A stretch of 64,000 nt of DNA from the human T2T-CHM13v2.0 reference genome, Homo sapiens. The stretch lies in the NCBI RefSeq assembly GCF_009914755.1, contig NC_060937.1; one strand, written 5' to 3'. Within the stretch, counting starts at the first letter, position 1; each line of letters opens with the position of its first letter. Positions 1 through 13,868 of the stretch are shown in pieces. Below the pieces are notes generated by a model. That model searched no databases. It was not told the DNA's origin and worked only from the letters and a program-made list of their open reading frames with translations. The position numbers and the translations under genes are program-made.

Positions 1-42
1 ACCCCTCCAGGTGACACTGAGTGGCCTTATATTCTATTAGAG

Positions 43-376
<334 letters not shown>

Positions 377-2701
377 TTATTTCTTCACCATCCAAAACAA
401 CACAGTCTGGGCAACACCTGAAAGGCAATGAACAGGAGCCAGTCAGCAGCTCCATGCCCACCCTAAGGAGGTGGGGCTCAGAGCTCACTACAGAGAATGG
501 AGATAAAGGAACAAGGAAAACATCTGAAAGTCCAAGTCACCGCCCCCCACACCCACAATCCTAAATTCCAGGAAGCCAGTTAAAAATAATCCAGGAACAA
601 GTTTCCCGATCAGGAGGAGTGCACAGACAGCGCAGTGCCAGCCCGGTGGGCTGAAGGCCCAGGGCTCCCTCTGCTCCAGCACCAGGCGGTAGGCATGGGG
701 GTGGCAGCCAAGGTCAGCTACCTCCTCTCACGCAGACAACCGCCACCAAGAAGGCCCAGCCCCTCCGGCACAGGACCACAAGGACCCACACCGCCAGCTG
801 CCCACCTTGCTGTGCCAGGCACGCTGCCAGCCAGAAGCACGCCAGGCTATGGGGGAAGGACCTGCCCTCAATGAAATGGAGATTTTTCTTTTCCTCAAAA
901 AAAATGAATAACAATGAAACATGAACACACTCTTCTTTAAAGGTTAAAAACAAGGAAATAAAAACGCCCAAAACACCCTCTGTTCACAGCCCTGAACTCA
1001 GCTGTTTCATGGAGGCTGGAGGGACAATGTGACGGTCAGGAGGGCAGAGCTGTGTTGGGGATGTGGTGCAGGGAATCTGACACGCCAGGGAGCAGGCAGT
1101 CGGGAGGAAGGAAAAGAACACACATGCTGGCCTCCCAGTCAGGGCTTCCGCCCCAGTGATGCTGTTTTCTAGCCGAGGCCTTGGGCAGGTTTCATAAGCC
1201 TCGGTTTTCTCATCTGTAAAATTAGTCTGACAGCCATTCCCTCAGCAGAGACCCTGAGGGTTCACCAAGAGGCCTGGCCCTCACTGAAGAAAACTCAATC
1301 AAAGCAGTCCCCTTCCGACAAGGCTTCCCATGAAGGGCAACAAATTCCAAAGATGTTTATTTTCTAGACTGACATAAATCCAGCCATGCCACAGGCTCAG
1401 TCCTTCCACCTACCCACAGCAAGCAACAGGGAAGCAGGTGGGAGAAGAAAGCTCTGCTGCAGAACTGCTGAAGAAGTGAGGCTTTGTGCTACCAGCTTTT
1501 TCTGTGTGAATTACCTCTCAAGAAATATTTGGTACCAGGAAACTGCATCCATCACACATACCACAGGAACGCTCCTCAAGCAATACCTTTCTTCATCTGG
1601 AGTTCAAGTGGCAGTTTAATAACTTTGAAGTCACCACATTGAACACGCTTCCAAAGTTCGACGAAACTATACCTAAAATAACTGCGGGCTAAGGCTCAGT
1701 CCCAAGTTCCAGACTGTTTTTCATTTCTACTCAATGGTTCGTTGCTGTAAAATTCTACCCAAGAAAGTACTCTGTCCTTAAGCAAGAAATCACTTGAAGG
1801 CCATACCCCAAAGAAGAGCTTTCGCTGTTTAGATACGCACCCTTCAAGTCCTCCATCCATTAACATGCTATGGATTTATGGCCAGCGCTGTGCAGTGCCC
1901 CCAGCGCGCAGACACCACTGACTCTGCAACATGCAATCTGCTAACACATGGCCACTGGGACAGCCACATAACACCCAGGCCCTCTGACGGGCTATTCGGC
2001 ATCTGTGGCACACGTGTGCCCCAGTCCTGCACCGACCACCACGGAACATACGACCAGACTGATGCCACCTCCGCCCTGCCAAGAAGCACATACTCAATTC
2101 TGGACCAGGGGGTTGGAACCCCAAAGCATCATAAACTTAAGCAAGCGTTTCTCCAGAGAGATCCTATGAGGCTCCCGGACATCGTTCTGTGTCCACAGGA
2201 TCTTGGGACCAAAAAAATGAGAGAAGCAAGAAGAGCAGGTTCTCAGTTCAAGTTGGGGAGGTGGAGGCCACCGACCAGTAGAGAGATGGAAAAATAAGCA
2301 GACATGTATACTGCTGTTTATTTACAGGGAGAAAATAAGAGGCACAATCTCATGATGAAGAGAACGGAGGCTCCGAGTTCTTGCCCGCCGCCCTGGCCCA
2401 GCAGTCAGTCCTAGCTCTTGGAATTTCCTCACCTGCCTGGCCCTGTCTTTATTCACCTATAAACTGAAGAATAGCAACTTGGAGGTAGAGGGGTCACACA
2501 GACAGCAGCATCTAATTGGGTCAATCCTGAAATCCCACTAAAATCATAAATCTAAAAACCACCACATACCTGAAACAGAGAGAAGACAACTGCAATGAAA
2601 TCTCAGAAGCTGGAAAGTAGGTAGTGGTTTAAAAAAAAAAAGGGGGGGGGTGGGGAGTAGAGGAAGACAACGCTAAACCGGAGGTGCAGAAAACAGAGAA
2701 C

Positions 2702-2994
2702 TTTTTTTTTTTTTGGAGGCACAGTCTCGCTCTGTCGCCCAGGCTGGAGTGCAATGGCGCGATCTCGGCTCCCTGCAACTTCCGTCTCCTGGGTTCAAGC
2801 AATTCTGCCTCAGCCTGCCAAGTAGCTGGGATTACAGGCGTGTATCATCACGCCTGGCTAATTTTTGTGTTTTTGGTAGAGAAGGGGTTTCACCATGTTG
2901 GTCAGGCTGGTCTCGAAATCCTGACCTCAAATGATCCACCCGCTTCGGCCTCCCAAAGTGCTGAGATTACAGGCATGAGCCATCGCGCCGGGCC
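2702..2994 (-). mobile_element. Alu
   Basis: Full dimer consensus. Confidence 0.95.
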
Positions 2995-3282
2995 AGCAGA
3001 GAACTAACTTAACTCACAGTGCTGGACCCCCGGCTCTCAGGAACTGACGGCACCAGTCCCTCTGCCGGGGGAATGAGTGAACCAGGCAGAGCCTCAAAGT
3101 CAGCCACAGAAGTGGGTAGACAGCCAGACAGCTTGCCCCACATCTCACAGCCAGGCTCCCAAAGTCAAGGAAATGATGAAAATATATTATCTGCAAAGGA
3201 AGGAAAAATTGAGGATATATGGACCAGGCTGCAGCAGACACAGCCGGAAGCAGAGGCAGCATACTTAAAAATGGGGAATGAA

Positions 3283-3586
3283 GGCCGGGGATGGTGGCTC
3301 ACACCTGTAATCCCACCACTTTGGGAGGCCGAGGCATGTGGATCACCTGAGGTCAGGAGTTCGAGACCTGCCTGCTCCACATGGTGAAACCTCATCTCTA
3401 CTAAAAAATACAAAAATTAGCCGGGCATGGTGGTGGGCGCCTGTAATCCCAGCTACTCGGGAGGCTGAGGCAGGAGAATCACTGGAACCTGGGGGGGCAG
3501 ATGTTGCAGTGAATGAAGATCACGCCATTGCACTCCAGCCTGGGTGACAGAGCGAGACTCCATCTCGAAAAACAAAAAAGATAAAA
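3283..3586 (+). mobile_element. Alu
   Basis: Full dimer consensus. Confidence 0.95.
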
Positions 3587-4401
3587 GAATATTTGAGGGC
3601 CGATGCAGAAGGTTCACCATCCAAGTAATAAAGTTTCAGAAAGAAAGAACACAGAAAATGGAAGGGGGGAGGGGAATCAAAGAAAAAAGTCAATGAAAAG
3701 ATCTGAGTCGCTTCACAGAAAAGGCCTAACCAAGTATCTGTCACGAGAAACGAAAACAGCCCCACTCCAAGCCACATCATTGTGAAACTTCAGAACTCAA
3801 GGAAAAAGTTCAGATCCCATTAGGTCCAGGAAGAACAGCACAGCCTGCACACACAGAAGCCGGTGCTGGCAGGGCCTCCATCTTCAACAGCAACACTGGA
3901 AGCTAAAACACAGTGGAGAAACACCTTTAAAATTCTGGAGGAAATGAATGTCCACCCTGCAATTTTACACCATGCTAAAATATCAACTGAGGGAGAAGAA
4001 AAAAAATTTTTGAAAAGCCTGTCTCCCACGCTGCCTATTCACAGAAAATGGCGCACTATATGCCCAACCAACATCATGGCATAAACCAAGAAAGAAAATG
4101 ACAGCAGAGACAAAAAAAAAAAAACAAAAAAAAACAAAACAGATATTCAACACAAGAGAGCAGCAGAAGGAACCCAGAGGATGAGAGCAAAGGAAGACCA
4201 GAGGATGGGGGTGGCACAAGAAGCATAGAAGATACGCAGGTGACGAAAGGCACAGGTGCCACCCGAACTTCCTAAGACAAGGTTGCAACAACTACAGAGT
4301 GCTGGGATGAATGAGAAGCATTACCAAAAGAAAAGAAATCTGATCAGTAACTATGGTTGAGTAATAATGGCTGGGCTGCAGATCCGTCTGCAGTCCATTA
4401 A

Positions 4402-4883
<482 letters not shown>

Positions 4884-7657
4884 TAATGTTCCTCATAAAC
4901 TAAGGAGTAACAAAAACAAAAATCAACCAGGAGAGATCAAAGGGGCTGCCCTCGGGGAATAAGAAATGGCGGGAGGTGGAAGCAGCTGCTATCTTTCCCA
5001 ACCAACCTTACAAAACTACCCATTAGACATTTCTAAATAGAAACTAAACAAAATCCTAAGTAATTACAAATAAAACAAAGGATGTGGACCTGTAACAGTT
5101 CTTTCAAACCTTACGGCCTAAAATTCTCTTAAAAAACAGGAAGAGACTTAAAATAATAGGAAGATAAACCCCAGCTACGTACTTGGTAAGCATTAATTTA
5201 AAACTTGAAATGTTCCCACAATGTATTCAGATACCAACAGAGCGCAGAACAGAAAAGGTTTCTTTTGCTGACGAAGAACCCTCAAGAAACACAATGGAAG
5301 GTCTCTAGAGTCAACAATGTTGTTCCCTGGGTGCGCATAAAGTGACTGGTAACCACCAATTTGGGATGTTTCACAGTTTGTACCAAGCAAAGGCATATCT
5401 CAGTTTATTTCCCCTAATTTAAACCTTGCAAACCAGGGAGCCATTTAGGATTAAGAAACTCCATAGTCACCCTCAGGAGGCAGGTTATTTTTCCCAAAGC
5501 ATTTGGCACTTATATTTTTTATAATTTCCACTGCAAAAACATGAATTATGGGAAATGACTGCTACAAACTACTCCGACGACAGTGGCTGATTCTACGCGA
5601 TGAGACATGGATAATAGAGTGCAACTTCTATTTCCTGCACTCACACCACCCACAAGATTCCATTAATGATAATCAGCTGAGCTAAGGCATTAAAAGGCAC
5701 AGAAAGGTGGCTTGGGTGTGGTCCACTTCCTGCAGGTAAGGAGCTTCCACAAGGGCAGCTCTGAATCATCGGGAGTAATCGCCCAAATAAAGAGCTAAGG
5801 GGCCCGTTTCTCAGGAGACCATCGGACGCCTGGACTGCGGCTTTAGAGTGTGTGTAACCGCACAAGCACAGCAGAAAGTAGCAGTGACCATCGACAGGCT
5901 CCTCCCTTCAGTAACTGCTCACCCTGCATCTTGCACCAGGGTCCTGGAAAAATACTGAACTGAAAATGAAACTCAACCTGCACCACATTAGGCAGCTCAG
6001 CTCTACGCATCAGACCGTAGCTCCAAGAAGAGCATCAAAGTCAGAAAGAGGGTGGGAAAGCAATGATGCCAGCCGCCACCTGCCCATAACTGCTCAGCAC
6101 AGTTAGCAAGCTAGAAAATCTCATCTGACCAATTCCTACTTGAAGGTCACTTGCTTTTATGTGACATGCTATCAAGAATACTCCCAGATCTGAGACTGGA
6201 CTCCTCCAAAAGTTTGGGTTTTTCTAATTTAAAAAAACCTTGTGACCATCCTCCCCCTCAAAAAAGAACACTTTCAAGCAAAACAAATTCTTACCATTGT
6301 TACATTTTGGAACACGGAGTATTCAAAATAGGTTTTTTGTTTTTTTGACACTTACATAGGCAACTAACTAACAAAACAGTAACTAACAGTAACTGAGTAC
6401 TTATTACTCTTTAGCACTGATCAGCAAAAAGGATCATAAAGCAAGAGGAGTAATGAGATACTATAAAATGTTCACTGAGAGTTCAAGCCACGAAGCTGAG
6501 TGAATGCTAAAAAAATCCACTTAGGCTGTCCTACTGACACCTGGGCTCCCCACTCGCATCCCTGGGCTTCCTCTTCCCTGAAGTGCTGCAATGCCTTCTA
6601 AAGGGGCACCCAGCACTCCCCACACCTGAGAAAGCAGGAGCCCCAAAGAACAGGAGATCATCTGCTCAAAAATGTGCCATACTTCCGGCTGTCTACAGAT
6701 GCAAGGCCTCCCCCAGGCCCACAGGCACCCCACTGCCTCTTCAGCTCCAGGACCGATCTAGATCTAGCCCACCAGAAGCTGTGTCACCGCTTTCCAACCA
6801 TGTGCCTTTGCTCACTGTGTCCTCAGTCACTGCAACCTTCTTAGAGCACATGCCCCAAAGCAGGCAGCCGACCTCTTGAGGACAGGATGGACTGAGGCTC
6901 TGAACTCTGCCTCCAACGACTCCGGGCACTATACTCTGCAGGCTCCCCTGTGCAGTCCAATGCTGTCAGTCACCAGAGCACACTCCACAGTTCAGCAAGT
7001 CCCCAAGGTGCTCTCCGAACCCACGTCTCGGATGTCCTGACTGTCCACACCCAGTGACACACCAACCTTCCCCCAGGGTGCAGATGGTAACAGGGTAACT
7101 GGGCAGGCACCTCCCAAGGAAGGAACGGAAAAGAACCCGTGGAAATGTGACACTAACAAGAAAAAAAAGTACAAGAGCACTTAAGCCACAATTAAATGCA
7201 GCTGTCCTGTGTTTGCCTTCATTTCCCAGACTCCCAGAGTGCACAGGCTTCCCTAGGGTGGAGCAGAGCACTTGAGAAAAGCTCCCCATGTTCCCAGACT
7301 GGCCATTAGACACCAGTCTCACTATCCTGATGCAAGGGGCATTCTCAGCAAAGGTCTATTTATCCAAGCAGCAAGAAAAACAGAAGGGGAACGAGGGGGA
7401 CAGGATGATGTTAACAAGACAAACTTCAGGTTTTTAAGCTATTCCTCTAAATTATCTGTATTTTCAAATATGAAACTATGTTAAACTTACAACTTCAAAA
7501 CATGGTAAATTAACCAGGCCCTGCAATATGCAATACATGTGACGTATATAATTCAGTATTTTTCAAACTGTGGGTCAGGAATCAGTGGGCTGTGAAATCA
7601 ATCTAGTGTTGCAACCAGCTCCTTTTTTAAATATACCACAACAGCACATCACAAGCA

Positions 7658-7844
7658 CAGGCTGAGCATCCCTGATCCAAAATGCTCCAAAATATGAAAC
7701 TTTTCAGCGCCAACATGACACTCAAAGGAAATGCTCATTGGGAGCACTTCTGATTTCGGATGTTCAACAAGCATATAATGCAAATATTCCAAAATTCGAA
7801 ACACTTGTGGTCCCAAGCATTTTGGATGAGGGATACTCAACCCG
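7658..7844. mobile_element. Tigger4a/MER46-like MITE nested in an older hAT-Charlie-like element (~7554-7942)
   Basis: TIRs CAGGCTGAGCATCCCT / AGGGATACTCAACCCG; outer ends CAGTATTTTTCAAAC / GTTGAAAAGTGACTG. Confidence 0.75.
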
Positions 7845-8590
7845 TAGTAAGGATTAGTACGGTCTCCTGAAACTTGTTTTTGATCCTGATGTAAAATATA
7901 TTTCTTACATGGGTCACGGTTCAGAAAAGTTGAAAAGTGACTGATAAAATTTTGTAACAGAAATGTGCAAACCAAAATCTCATTTTTAAATCACATTTCT
8001 GCAAACTCAAAGCCGATTGGTGTTCCTGCCTCCATCTGAAGCTTTTCTTTTAATCTCAATTGAGTGAAACAACAAATGCTCAATGAAAGACGGAGTACTT
8101 ATAGCCACAGATCAGCCTGATTTCTTTATGTTTATTCGTCACTATATTCATTCAGTTTCTGATGTCTATTTTTTTCCCCTACTGAAATATAAAACTGGGG
8201 TTTAAGAGAAAAAAAGCAAAGGCTTCAGCAACTTTCATTAAACATTTACTTTAAATGGTAACCTCATTCAGATCTACCACTTTCAACCCCTCCCCTAGGA
8301 CCTGGCACATGAAAGTTCAATAAGGGTTGCTGATTGAATAAATTAAAAAATCAGCCTCCTATTTCTAATTTCTTTAGCCAATCTAACTAGCAATGAGATA
8401 AACTTTAATGTTTGCAAAAGTAACCATAAAACAGTAACACTGCATGATGAGTGGGAGTAGGAGGAGTAGTAGTTTCCAATCACAAATTTGCCACATAATA
8501 TATGATCTCACCTTGGTCAGTTAAGTCTTCCTTGGTCTCCACATCTACAAAATGGTATAATATCATCTACATCTCAAACGGTACCGGTAA

Positions 8591-8986
<396 letters not shown>

Positions 8987-10070
8987 ACTCTGCTGTCTTT
9001 CTAAGCCAACTCCTTATAAGCCCTGGTCAGGAGACAAGAAAAAGGGAGGGCTATGAGGCCTATCAGAGCAAGCCATAGAAGAGATACGGACTTCTCTCCT
9101 CCCATTTAGCAGACAACAGTCGAAAGCAGGTGTGTTTTTAATTGAATCTTCAGCAACAACTCTTAGGGAAGCCTCCCAGGGCAGTAGCAACTGCTAATTT
9201 GAAGTAGAAAATAAATGTGCTGTTGTTTTTCTTTTGTGGGGTGGGGGAGGAGAAAAGAATGTTCTTCCCCAAATGATACACTGTTACCATACAGTCTGTA
9301 GATGTACTTAGGTACAGGAATGACTGGCAGAAGCCAACTTACCTACCTCTAAAACTGTAAAACTGTAACAGCTGAAAATCTGATCATCTTTTCCACTGAG
9401 AAACACTTAAGATCTTTCATACTGAGAAAACAAAATAAAAACAGTTCCCATGTAACACAACCTAACAGATACATAATAGTTGAGAGGCAAAGTTATTAAG
9501 GAAATGTATCTTCTTTTCCCAAGGTTTAAGAATTCTGACCCACTCAAAAAAAAAAGTGAGGATAAAAATGAAAAGGTGAGATACTAGATATCACCTGGTA
9601 ACCATCTGATACTGACTTCACGGCACCAGCCAAAGGGGCTTTAGTACCTTTTCAAACTGATTCGCTATCCACAAAGGCCAATTAACCTAGTAAGTGAGGC
9701 ATTTGTGCTAGATTCCAACCTGATGAACACGGTATAAATATCAACCTAAAGGAAATATTGATAAAACTTTTTTTTTAAATCATTACAAGAGTCCTTTCTT
9801 GCTCGACTGGTAAGAAATTACTTTTTTCACCCAGTTCACTCTGACCTACACACCTCTAAATTCATACCAAAGCGGCTTTAGAAAATACCAAGAAACCACA
9901 TCTGATTGTTACCCAGCAGTCAGCAGAAGTTTAGGTTTTGAATGCATGCTAAATTCAACGCTCCTTAAATGAGAGTCGACAAAAGAATATTCTTCAAGCA
10001 TCTTCCCAGTCACTCTTAAGATAATAACTTAACTGTTGCTGCTTAAATGTATATTTATTTACTGCTTAAA

Positions 10071-10104
10071 CATATATACACACATATATATACTGCTTAT
10101 ATAT

Positions 10105-10144
<40 letters not shown>
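10071..10144. repeat. (TA)n(CA)n microsatellite
   Basis: Directly visible. Confidence 0.9.
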
Positions 10145-11442
10145 TTGGACTAAAATTCTAGCTGCCATTAAAGTGGTAACTTTGAGTTCCTATTTTTCCA
10201 GAATTCAAACCTGAACAGTGAAATCCAGTTTTCTTTTTACGGTTTCAAAAAAAGAAGGGAGAGGGATGATCTCACTGGAAGAGGCGAGCAGACCCCAGAG
10301 GCAGTCCCAGGTCTGGGCTCTGTGCTTCTCAGCCCTCAAGACACAGGGAAGGAGCCTGTTGGTACCTGTAAATCAACCAGTAATCTACTTGGATGCTTTT
10401 GGTTTTCTTCAAACACTTAACGTTCACTCAGCTAAACTGGCAGAGCAAACTTTCATGACATATCCTAACTGCATCCTAAGATTTCCATCCTAAGCATTTT
10501 GCCACCATTTCTGCGCCTACAAAGTTTACAAGAGTTAGCCAAGGACGGTAGCTTTGTTTTTCAAAGGGCTAAAAGCAACGACAACGAAAACAACAACAAC
10601 AAAAAACCTTTAACTTATACATGTAAATTTGAAATTCAACTCCTCTCCCACTCCCCAAAAAGTCACTGGTAGGCCAAGGTGTCACCAAGTACCGAAAGAG
10701 AGGTTTACTGGGCGAAGAATTCCTGTAAATGCAACCAAGTCTCAAAGTGAAAGTCCAGGGTCCCGGGGCCGGGCCCGGGACCCTGGTGCGCGGCTGTCCG
10801 AGGGATTCCTCCTTCCAGAAGGTTTGCAACTCGCACTTTCCCCCGGTCCGCAGGTGCACGGGGGCTCCGGGCAAAGCCACTGCAAGTGGAACTCGCGGTT
10901 ACCTTCCTCCACTCCACCCTGCCTACTCCGCTCGGGCCCGGACGAGTCCAGGCGCGCTCCCCGTCCCCGCCCTGCCCAGGTCTCCCGCCCGCCTGCCCGG
11001 GGGTGGGGGACGAGCCTGGGGGACGCGTCCTGGGGCCCTCCGCCAACCCGGCCACCACGCAGGGCCCCGGGACCCGGCGGGGGCCTCCAAGGGCATCACT
11101 CCACCTCACTTCTCCCGGGGACAGGGCCACCCAGGGCCTGCAGCTCCGGAAGAGTGTTGGGGCGAGGGGAGCGCGGAGGACTAGGCGCCCGCACCCCCAC
11201 ATCCGGACCCAGGCCGCGGTTCCTACGGCTCCTGCACGCACACGCCGGAGACCTCGGCCGCCGGAGCCGGCAGGGACGCCCAGGGACTCGGACTCGGACC
11301 CCCGGCCGAGCCGGGCGCGCGGGGAGCCAGGCTCCGGCGCGACCCCGGCCGGCTGAGCGTAGGGGGACGCCGTGTGGATACCGCCAAGTTGCTGCTTCCG
11401 CCCCGGTCGCGCATCCCGGCCCCGCGGCCCGCGCCCGCCTAC

Positions 11443-11484
11443 CTGCATGCCGGGCAGGCCCGACTGCACCGGGGAGTGAGCCAT
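11443..11484 (-). CDS. STK24: STK24 (MST3, STE20/GCK-III kinase) first coding exon, 14 codons MAHSPVQSGLPGMQ; remaining exons lie beyond position 1
   Basis: ATG at 11484-11482 in strong Kozak context (AGCGCCATGG); peptide matches the recalled N-terminus of ubiquitous MST3; phase-0 donor CAG|GTAGGC at 11442; inside a CpG island. Confidence 0.93.
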
Positions 11485-11643
11485 GGCGCTCAGGACGGCC
11501 ACTTCCTGGGACGGGACGGCCGGGCCGCGACGATCCGCGCGGGGCGGCGAGGCCCGCGGGCCGCGCGCAGCCCTCGGGCGGCGGGGCCGGCCGGAGCCCG
11601 AGGCCACCCCAGCCCTGGCGGGTCCCGGCCGGGCGGCGGGGGC

Positions 11644-11673
11644 TCAGCGGCGGGTGGCGGGCCGCGTCTCCAT
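11644..11673 (-). promoter_or_regulatory. AUG uORF METRPATRR* in the STK24 5' UTR
   Basis: ATG at 11673-11671 (TGCATGG; +4 G, -3 T), TGA at 11646-11644; translation not demonstrable from sequence. Confidence 0.6.
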
Positions 11674-11720
11674 GCACGGCGCCAGGGAGGAGCTGCTGGG
11701 GGCGCAGGGCCTCGCGCGCA

Positions 11721-11753
11721 CTGCCGCCGCCGCCGCTGCTGCCGCTACTGCTG
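11721..11753. repeat. Interrupted CGG/CAG trinucleotide tract in the STK24 5' UTR
   Basis: Plus strand CTGCCGCCGCCGCCGCTGCTGCCGCTACTGCTG. Confidence 0.8.
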
Positions 11754-11939
11754 GGCTGGAGCCGGGCGGCCTGGGCCCGCGCGCGCTGGCCGCTGGAGCC
11801 GGAGTGGGCGCGCACAGCCCGCCGAGCCCGCGAGCGCCGAGCGCGTCCCGCCCCGGCCCGGCCCCCGCGCCCGCCCCCACGGCCCGGCCGGGGACCCCGC
11901 CCCGCGCTTCCGGGAGGGGGAGGGGAGAGGCCGGTGGCC

Positions 11940-13535
11940 GCGCGGGAGCCCTAGGCCGCAGCCGCCGCCTGTCGGCCCGGCCCGGGTCCCAGCTGCTCCT
12001 GCGGCGCTCCCACGCCCCCGCGGGCGGGCGGCGGGGCCGGGAGGGGGCCTCGGCTGGGGCGGGCGCCGGGAGGGACCGAGTCGGGGCCGGAGGCTGGCCG
12101 CGTGCCCACCGGGCCGGCGCCGGGGCGAGCCTGGGCCGCGGCCCCCTCTTCCCGCCAGCCAGCCCACCCCGCCCCGGCGGCCTCTGGGAAAACGCGTCCC
12201 GGGCGAGCCCCTGAGGGCAGGATCGGAGTCGGGGGCACCTGGGGAAGGAGAGCGCCCCGTGGGGCCTCGGCCGGTGGCCTGTGCCAAAAGGCCGGGCAGA
12301 GCTGCTTCGGTGTCTGGGTGAAGTTTCCAGCCAACCCAAGAAGGAAACCGAAAGGGAAGAGGCCGAGAGAGAGGTTAATTCCTAGTGCTTTGGTTACCGA
12401 AAACAGCCCGGCTGGGACTGCTGGGCTGGGAACTTAGCTAAGCAGTGCGGAGGCTGAACCCCACCATCTCTGGGATCCGCAGCAAATCAGAAGCCCCCAC
12501 CCACGATAAGGGGAAAATGGGGCGCAGAGGGCAGGGAGGAAGGGAAGAGAATGGAAGGAAAGCGCGTCTGGACTTTGAACTGCAGCCCTCTCCCTCTTTC
12601 CCTTGCCTCGGAAGCTCCAGGCCCACTCAGCACCAGTTCTGTCTCCTCTTTTCAGCCGCCTTCTCTCTAGCTACTGAGGGGAAAAGTCAGGATGAAGCGG
12701 GTCCCTCGGCCTCCAGAAGGTGTTTTATTACAGTCGCAAACAGGTAGAGCGGCAGCCACCCCAGTGATGACTCCCTGCTCCTTAGATTGTAGGGACGCTG
12801 GCACCTCACTCATGCTCCTAAGTGGCCATTTTGCGCCCTGGCTGGGCGAGTTAGGCAGACAAAATGAGCCCCCAAAAGTTTAAAGGCCTCCACCAAAGGA
12901 GTATTTCTTTTCTGAGGTGTCATTGTATTCCATCCACGAACTTCAGTTCCCCCGGGTGCTCTGGATCTGACATGGAGTAGGATGCTAACATCTAATCCCT
13001 TCTTTCCCTTTGGAAAGATGCATGTTTTTTCTCGGAGTCCTAGGGAATACCTTAGAATACTTTCATGGTTGTCATTGGTACACCCATCCCTTGAGGAGCG
13101 CTGCCACCCGTAAGTAGGACTGCAAGGAAATACAAAATTAAGAGAAGTATGAACCCTGATACCCAGGAACTTAAAATCAGGTGTATAAATTTTGTACACC
13201 TAAAAAATATGGTACCTAAAGAGGCGAACAGCAAAACAAGCAAGAATGTGAATCTTTAAAATGTTTCTATTCTTCAGCGCAGCCCAGGAATTCTACCTAA
13301 AGTAACATATCCTAAGGCAACAACCAAGAAGTGTGGAAGAATGCATGTAAGAAGACACAGTGATGTTTAGAATCCTGGGGAAACGGAACAGCCAAAAAGT
13401 CTCACAGAGGTTAAGTAAATAATAGCATTTTCATACAATGAGTACTATGTAGTCATTTAAAATTATGTCTTTCAGTACCTAGTAATGGGGAAAATGTATT
13501 CATTATATATTATTAAAGAAAATACAGGGTACAAA
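11940..13535 (+). ncRNA. STK24-AS1: Probable divergent lncRNA (recalled as STK24-AS1); bounds approximate
   Basis: Mainly recalled annotation; compatible signals are donors at 12744 (CAG|GTAGAG) and 13110 (GTAAGT), acceptor TTTCTATTCTTCAG ending 13277, and ATTAAA at 13512-13517. Confidence 0.35.
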
Positions 13536-13599
13536 ACACTGTATATAGACTGATCTCAAATGACTATATATATATTAATATATATGGCCTACAGACACA

Positions 13600-13868
13600 C
13601 AGTCATGTATTGCTTAACAATGGGTATACATTCTGAGAAATGTGTTCTTAGTTGATTTTGTCACGTGAGCATCATAGAGTGTACTTCCAGAAACCTAGAT
13701 GGCATAGCCTACTACACACCTAGGCTATATGGTATGACGTATTGCACCTGGACCACAAACCTGAACAGCATGTGACTGAACTGAATACTGGAGGCAACTA
13801 TAACACAATGGTAAATATTTGTGGATCTAAACATGTCTAAGCATAGAAAAGGGACAGTAAAAATATTC
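13600..13868 (+). mobile_element. Tigger3a/MER7-like DNA transposon fragment
   Basis: CAGTCATGTATTGCTTAAC start and AAACCTAGATGGCATAGCCTACTACACACCTAGGCTATATGGTA match recalled consensus. Confidence 0.8.

Larger units (their letters stand above)
11485..11810 (-). other. STK24: STK24 exon 1 5' UTR (TSS position approximate)
   Basis: GC-rich sequence between the ATG and a GC-box cluster at ~11850-11930; the TSS is not readable from sequence and is estimated from recalled exon length. Confidence 0.55.
10755..12350. promoter_or_regulatory. CpG island / TATA-less, probably bidirectional promoter of STK24
   Basis: Very high GC and CpG density against CpG-depleted flanks; Sp/KLF GC boxes (e.g. CCCCGCCC ~11896-11903); ETS-type CCAGGAAGTGG on the minus strand at 11499-11509. 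Confidence 0.92.

Noticed and set aside
10705-11442. Open frame continuing through the exon 1 donor
   Set aside because: A good donor exists at the known exon end; the open frame is explained by GC content.
11483-12214. 243-aa plus-strand ORF sharing the CCATGG palindrome with the STK24 start
   Set aside because: CCATGG in a Kozak context automatically gives an antisense ATG; the product is low complexity and no transcript is supported.
10629-12437. Many long overlapping ORFs (up to 441 aa) on both strands
   Set aside because: Stop-poor GC-rich CpG island; low-complexity R/P/G/A products with no domain. Only the 14-codon STK24 exon is supported.
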